From the UHGV virus genome UHGV-1358930: 64,000 nucleotides of DNA. The stretch is one strand, 5' to 3'. This document shows, piece by piece, positions 59,208-64,000 of this stretch. Position numbers and translations under genes: made by a program. The notes below the pieces were generated by a model, which made no database searches, was not told the DNA's origin, and saw only the letters and a program-made list of their open reading frames with translations. Position 1 is the stretch's first letter. Each line of letters starts with the position of its first letter. Source of the stretch: a virus.

Positions 59208-60476
59208 TTGAGTTTATTTACCAAGTCACAAATGGCGAAATTCAATGAAGTTGCCGAACGAAGCAAACAGCTTAACAAAGAAAAACCAAAGTCTGTAAAT
59301 GTATCTACAGTAAATGCGGAATTGAAGTCGATGTCAGATTCTGTGCTAGAATACTTCAAAGACTCCCCTGCTATCTGCATTCGAACCGCTGATCAGCTAC
59401 ATGAATACATTGATAAATGTATCGAAGCTGGATACGCTGGTATAGATACAGAAACAACGGGACTAGACAGACAAAGAGATTACATTGTAGGCGCGTCTTT
59501 ATATTATCCGGATGGTACAGAATGTTATATTCCGATGAAACATAAGATCCCTATTTTCGAAACTCCTTACAAAAATCAACTGTCTTATGAAGAAGTAACT
59601 AAAGAATTCAAACGACTAGAAAACAGCAACATACGACTCATTTTTGCAAATGCTGACTTCGACTTAGCAATGATCTACAAGGATCTAAAAGTTGATTTCA
59701 ACGATAGATTCTATTATGATGTTATTCTTGCATGGCGTTGTTTGAAGGAGAATGAGTTACACAATGACTTGAAATTCCTTTACAATAAATATGTATTGAA
59801 AGGAAAAGGAGATCCTAAACGTTTTAGCGATTTCTTTTCTGTAAAGCTGTTCCCATATTCTGATCCTGAAATCGCTAAATTGTACGCAGCAAACGACGCA
59901 AAAATCACATTTCAACTGTTCAAGTGGCAGCTTCCTTATGTTACAGAAAGTCATCCTAAGTGTCAGAAAGCTCACCTAGAAGCAATATCTAGACTCATTT
60001 GGAACATAGAGTTTCCACTGGTTAAAGTCTGCCAGAATATGTATAGAAGAGGTTCATACATTGATTCTAATGTTGCTAGTGTTTTGAAAAAGCGATACAG
60101 AGATGAATACAATGTAGAAGTCAAAAAGCTACAAGACATGGTACAAAAAATCATTGATAATACGAATATAGCATATTCAGGTAAACGTCCATTTACTAGA
60201 GGAGCAGATTTCAACCCATCTTCACCTCCTCAAGTTAAATATTTGATATACAATCTACTTCAAATTCCTAAAGGATCGTCTTCTGGAACAGGTAAAGAAG
60301 TATTGAACGAACTTAATCTGCCTGTAACAAATCAGATACTGAAGGTAAGATCTCTATCTGTACTTATCAATACATTCGTAGAGAAGCTACCAGCTGCCGC
60401 AAGTCTGGATCATAGAATTCATGGTCAGTTCAAGCAGGTGGGTGCAGCCACGGGCAGGTTGTCTTGTGCCGAGCCT
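59208..60476 (+). CDS. family A DNA polymerase, exon 1 (3'-5' exonuclease domain and start of the polymerase domain; TTG start)
   Basis: Exo I motif GIDTETTGL; ends at ..KQVGAATGRLSCAEP (PolA motif TGRLSSxxPNLQNIP), then out-of-frame sequence and a stop. Confidence 0.75.
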
Positions 60477-61382
60477 AAACATGATAAATCAGATTGGGCT
60501 CGTAAAATCGAGTTAATTCAGGGAAGGGTAGCAGCTTGACGCTGTGAGATAACCCTGAGCCAAGGCTCTCATATATCTACTTAGGAGGTACACGATATGA
60601 GAAAGATTCAATTCAATGAAGAGACCATCAATGCAATTAAAAATTTTATAGAGTCTGGTCACACAATGGAAGAGACATGTAACAGATTTACGCTCAAATA
60701 CGATACATTGAAACGTGTAATGTTTGAGAACAATCTGAAGCCGTATAGAGCAGATAAATCACATCCCGTTATCTTCACTAGAGATGAGGAAAACATCGTA
60801 TGTAAGCTATATTCGACAACTTCAATGACAATGAAAGATATCTGTAAAGAAGTGAAGCTACCTGATTACGCTGTGCAGAAAATACTATCGGATAATTTTT
60901 CTGAAAAATACAGAAATGAAAGGAAAGCAAAGCTTTATAGATTGTCCAAACGGTGCGAGAATAGTCCGTGGTTTCAGAAATACGGAGCAGACTCTTCTCA
61001 GTGGGTCGGAGGCGTTGTAGACGATGGCAACGGATATGATATGATCAAAAAACCTGAGTGGTACACAGGTAGAAAGTGTTCTGATTATGTCTTTTTACAT
61101 ACAGTTGTGATGTGTGAGCACTTAGGTCTAACTGAACTTCCTAAAGGATATGTAGTACATCATATCGACGGAAACAAGAAAAATAACACAATAGATAATT
61201 TAGCGTTGATGACCGTGTCAGGACACAGTAAGTTACATTTGTTGATGAAGAATCTATGCAAGGTGCAGAGACTATCCGAACAGGAGTAAGCGAAAGCTGA
61301 AATGCTAGACAATGGTTGTGTATGACATCTATCATTCCTACTAGTTATACAAGCCATCGAAGATATAGTCCACAAATAATTG
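60477..61382 (+). mobile_element. putative group I intron 1 in the DNA polymerase gene (encodes HNH endonuclease)
   Basis: Exon 1 ends after U (cct|); the intron ends in G immediately before exon-2 codon AAC; free-standing ORF with its own RBS inside. Confidence 0.6.
60597..61289 (+). CDS. intron-encoded HNH homing endonuclease
   Basis: TAGGAGG RBS; HNH core VVHHIDGNKKNNTIDNLALMTVSGHSKLH. Confidence 0.8.
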   Translation: MRKIQFNEETINAIKNFIESGHTMEETCNRFTLKYDTLKRVMFENNLKPYRADKSHPVIFTRDEENIVCKLYSTTSMTMKDICKEVKLPDYAVQKILSDNFSEKYRNERKAKLYRLSKRCENSPWFQKYGADSSQWVGGVVDDGNGYDMIKKPEWYTGRKCSDYVFLHTVVMCEHLGLTELPKGYVVHHIDGNKKNNTIDNLALMTVSGHSKLHLLMKNLCKVQRLSEQE

Positions 61383-61450
61383 AACCTGATGAATATCCCG
61401 TCGCATGCGGTTGATATTCGACATATGTTCAGAGCAACTCCCCAGAAAGA
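61383..61450 (+). CDS. DNA polymerase exon 2 (3' boundary uncertain)
   Basis: Begins NLMNIPSHAVDIRHMFRA, completing the PolA motif P-NLQNIP..IR.aF; the downstream read-through does not match the expected DYSQIELR region. Confidence 0.5.
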
Positions 61451-62848
61451 TTACACAGTTGAATCAGAAGTAGATGACAATAACGAAGTATCATTCGTTA
61501 TTGATAATGGACATGAATTACAAACATCTGAAGGATATAAGCCAGTAGTAGATATTGTTCCCGGAGATGTTGTAATGTTTGATGATAAGGAGGTATCAAG
61601 CTTAATTGTCAAAGAAGTTGAAACTAAAGGTACGTCAACCCGAGTACGTTTTGATGTCATCTGACTACAGTTTACGAAAGTTGGCTGTAGTAAAACCTTG
61701 TTAAGTCGATGAATACTTGATAGATAATTCTATAACCTAAATACAAGAATTGGTTCGACTATCAAGTTAATATCGAGCAAAATAGGACCTTTTATCTTGT
61801 TGAGTATAGTCTCTTAAAAATTGGAGGTATTCGACATGATAATATATAAAATATACAATGATGTTAATTCTAAGCTTTACATCGGTCAAACAACAAAATC
61901 GCTTGAAGAAAGAATAAATGGGCATCATTCTTCTATGATAGGAGGGCAAGATACTCATCTATATCGAGCAATGCGAAAATACGGATGGGAAAAGTTTCAT
62001 TTTGAAATAATATCCAGAGCTGATAGTCAAGATGAATTAAATTATCTTGAAGAGTATTATATCCGTAAGTTAGATACAATAAGAAATGGATATAACATGG
62101 CTCCAGGAGGATCAAAAAATGTTATGTACTCATCTATCGTAGCAGCTAAACATGATGCTAAAATGAGAACAGATTCTGTAAGAAAGAAAATATCAGAATC
62201 AATGAAAAAGTCTTATGCTTCACGCGGTGGTCCCTCAGAAGAACACAGGAAGCATCTTTCACAAGCCAAGAAGGAATATTATCAAACTCCTGAAAGCGAA
62301 TTGACACGAGAAAGGTTTAGAAAGTCATTCAAGCTATCTCCTGAGCATTATAAGGCACTGAATGACGCGAAAAACAAAAGTGTATATTGCATAAATGAAT
62401 CTAATGAAGTAGTTGCAAAATTTGATAGGGTCAAAGATGCAGCTATTTGGTGGATGTCTACTGGGTACAAAGTTAAACATTATGATCAACTTTGTGACAA
62501 AATAAAAGAGTCCAGCAAGCAAAATAGATTCATAAAGGGGCTAAAATGGTTCTATTGTGTGTAGAGACTATCGAAAGCTAGAAATTGACATTCAGAGAAA
62601 TCTGTAAATGATTTTAGGTAAATCAGGTCAGTTGAGATAACCAAGTGAGTAGAGTACAGCTCAAGTGAGTTAGCATCTGCATGATATTAGTGTAGAGTAA
62701 GCCTATTGAATGGAAATTCAAGGGTTCATTTGAATTGGTGATAGATTCAAATGTTCAAGAGATAGTCCGGCACTCTTGGTGACAAGAGAAATGTTTAACG
62801 AACATTCAACTAATTAAGCAGCAAGAACCAAAAATTTGCGCATACGTA
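61451..62848 (+). mobile_element. putative group I intron 2 (encodes GIY-YIG endonuclease); boundaries approximate
   Basis: Non-coding flanks around a free-standing GIY-YIG ORF; exon 3 resumes at about 62849 after an in-frame stop. Confidence 0.4.
61821..62564 (+). CDS. GIY-YIG homing endonuclease
   Basis: YKIYNDVNSKLYIGQTT GIY-YIG motif; TGGAGG RBS. Confidence 0.8.
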   Translation: MEVFDMIIYKIYNDVNSKLYIGQTTKSLEERINGHHSSMIGGQDTHLYRAMRKYGWEKFHFEIISRADSQDELNYLEEYYIRKLDTIRNGYNMAPGGSKNVMYSSIVAAKHDAKMRTDSVRKKISESMKKSYASRGGPSEEHRKHLSQAKKEYYQTPESELTRERFRKSFKLSPEHYKALNDAKNKSVYCINESNEVVAKFDRVKDAAIWWMSTGYKVKHYDQLCDKIKESSKQNRFIKGLKWFYCV

Positions 62849-63025
62849 GGTAACATCAAAGAACTTTGCGAAGGTTTTGCAAACGGGAAAGATGCTTACG
62901 CGATGATCGCAGCTGTTTCTTTCAATAAGTCATATGAAGAATGCTTAGAGTTTCACCCTGTTACGCATGAGTATCAGCCTGAAGGTAAAGCAAGAAGAAC
63001 AGAATCGAAGTCCGTACTTTTGGGT
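62849..63025 (+). CDS. DNA polymerase exon 3 (boundaries approximate)
   Basis: GNIKELCEGFANGKDAYAMIAAVSF..RRTESKSV aligns with the PolA region NLIEAFRRGLDIHTKTAMDIF..RRQAKAVNFG; the frame then diverges and stops at 63067. Confidence 0.5.
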
Positions 63026-64000
63026 GAACGTAAAAGTTATGCCCCATATTTCAAGTTCTCGCATTAAATTTGCTTGAAATATGAAAATCTTGTGAACTAC
63101 ATTGCTCATAGGTGTTGAGAACACGATTAGGATATACAGGAAATGGTATATAGGTTCTCAGCTAACTGGGGATACTCAAAAGAGTGAATCCAGTGCCAAG
63201 CATCAAGTCTTCACGGAGTTCTATACCTTACATCATATCGGAGGTGTAGAACTTGAACAATTATTCATCATACATCATAACTTGTAAGGACAATGGAATG
63301 CAATACATCGGAATAACTTCTATTGGTTTAAGAAATAGGTGGTATGCACATGTTTCATGTTCTCGAAATTTAAGTAGTAATAATCCAATGTATAAGGATA
63401 TGAAAGAATTTGGAGAATCCTCTTTTGAAATACATGAAATTGAATCTGGGTTATCAAAAGAAGAAGCCGATGCGCGTGAAAAGGAACTAATAAAGATTTA
63501 TAATACAAAGTGGCCTAACGGATACAACTTAACAGACGGTGGATTCAAGAATGATGGACAGTTATTACCAGAAGGTCGATCGGCTAGAATATCTTGTAAG
63601 CTACGCGGAGTTCCTAAATCAAGCGAGCATAGATTGCATCTAAGTCAGTCTAGGATTGGAAAATACAAAGGAGCAGACAACGCCTTCTATGGTAAACATC
63701 ATTCTGATGAAACTATATTGAATCTTCAGAAGCTATTATCCCACGGAAAGGTTTATCAGTTAGACAAAAAATCTAAATTAGTTGTAGGCACATTTGATAG
63801 CGCAGCGTTTGCAGCAAGATACATATCTGAAAACAAATTATCTTCTGCAAAAATAGATACTATAAATGCTAGATTATGCGAAGTTATGAACAATGATAAT
63901 CGTTCCGCATACGGTTTTATGTGGAGACGCGATGAAGGTCAATCGACTAAGTATTAGAAGAGAAAATAGAGCTACTCTTCGAAGCGCAAGACATTAAGCG
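63026..64000 (+). mobile_element. putative group I intron 3 (encodes GIY-YIG endonuclease); runs to the window end
   Basis: Polymerase homology is lost after ..SVLLG; free-standing GIY-YIG ORF follows. Confidence 0.35.
63253..63957 (+). CDS. GIY-YIG homing endonuclease
   Basis: YIITCKDNGMQYIGITS..RWYAH GIY-YIG motif; GGAGG RBS. Confidence 0.8.
   Translation: MNNYSSYIITCKDNGMQYIGITSIGLRNRWYAHVSCSRNLSSNNPMYKDMKEFGESSFEIHEIESGLSKEEADAREKELIKIYNTKWPNGYNLTDGGFKNDGQLLPEGRSARISCKLRGVPKSSEHRLHLSQSRIGKYKGADNAFYGKHHSDETILNLQKLLSHGKVYQLDKKSKLVVGTFDSAAFAARYISENKLSSAKIDTINARLCEVMNNDNRSAYGFMWRRDEGQSTKY

Overview
This 64-kb window reads as part of a large low-GC (about 36-38 %) virulent tailed phage genome, probably with a Firmicutes host (SPO1-like / Herelleviridae-style, inferred from AGGAGG ribosome-binding sites and a Listeria-Bacteroides repeat tail protein). 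Almost all genes are on the + strand and fall into recognisable blocks.

1. The window opens inside an SbcC/gp46-like recombination ATPase that continues upstream.
2. A tRNA island (about 1.8-8.1 kb) follows, with at least nine tRNA genes. Gly(TCC) occurs three times and Gln(TTG) twice, one tRNA is type II Ser, and several are degenerate tRNA-like elements. The island also holds GC-rich, hairpin-rich spacers and a stand-alone IS200/IS605-type tnpB.
3. An early-gene block of small ORFs carries consensus sigma-A-type promoters preceded by ATTATTAACGA operator-like repeats, plus two tandem HNH homing endonucleases.
4. A nucleotide-metabolism set encodes dCMP deaminase, NAD-dependent DNA ligase and ThyX.
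5. A virion/tail-fibre module contains three paralogous large proteins, two MAFLD-type fibre paralogues (one broken by a frameshift in a G6 tract) and a tail protein with Listeria-Bacteroides repeats.
6. A complete preQ1 (7-deazaguanine) biosynthesis cluster is present: folE, queD, queE, queC and queF. The queF gene is split by an HNH-containing intein sitting exactly at the catalytic Cys. An HNH endonuclease lies between queC and queD. Upstream are a YhhQ-type precursor transporter, a type-I phosphoribosyltransferase and a short-chain dehydrogenase (SDR). A GuaD-like guanine-deaminase-fold enzyme lies just downstream. No DpdA/TGT-like gene is visible in the window.
7. A minus-strand sigma-factor-like gene is followed by a 2-kb ORF-free, repeat-rich region.
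8. The replication module holds a DnaB-like helicase interrupted by a class-3-like intein with a LAGLIDADG endonuclease in its P-loop, an IS607-family element (serine-recombinase tnpA plus tnpB) between helicase and primase, a DnaG-like primase, and an SSB-like protein.
9. A family-A DNA polymerase gene is broken into at least three exons by putative group I introns carrying one HNH and two GIY-YIG endonucleases.

I see no rRNA and no CRISPR. The most interesting candidate system is the 7-deazaguanine locus, whose accessory genes (phosphoribosyltransferase, transporter, SDR, deaminase) and apparent lack of DpdA suggest a non-canonical route or target.
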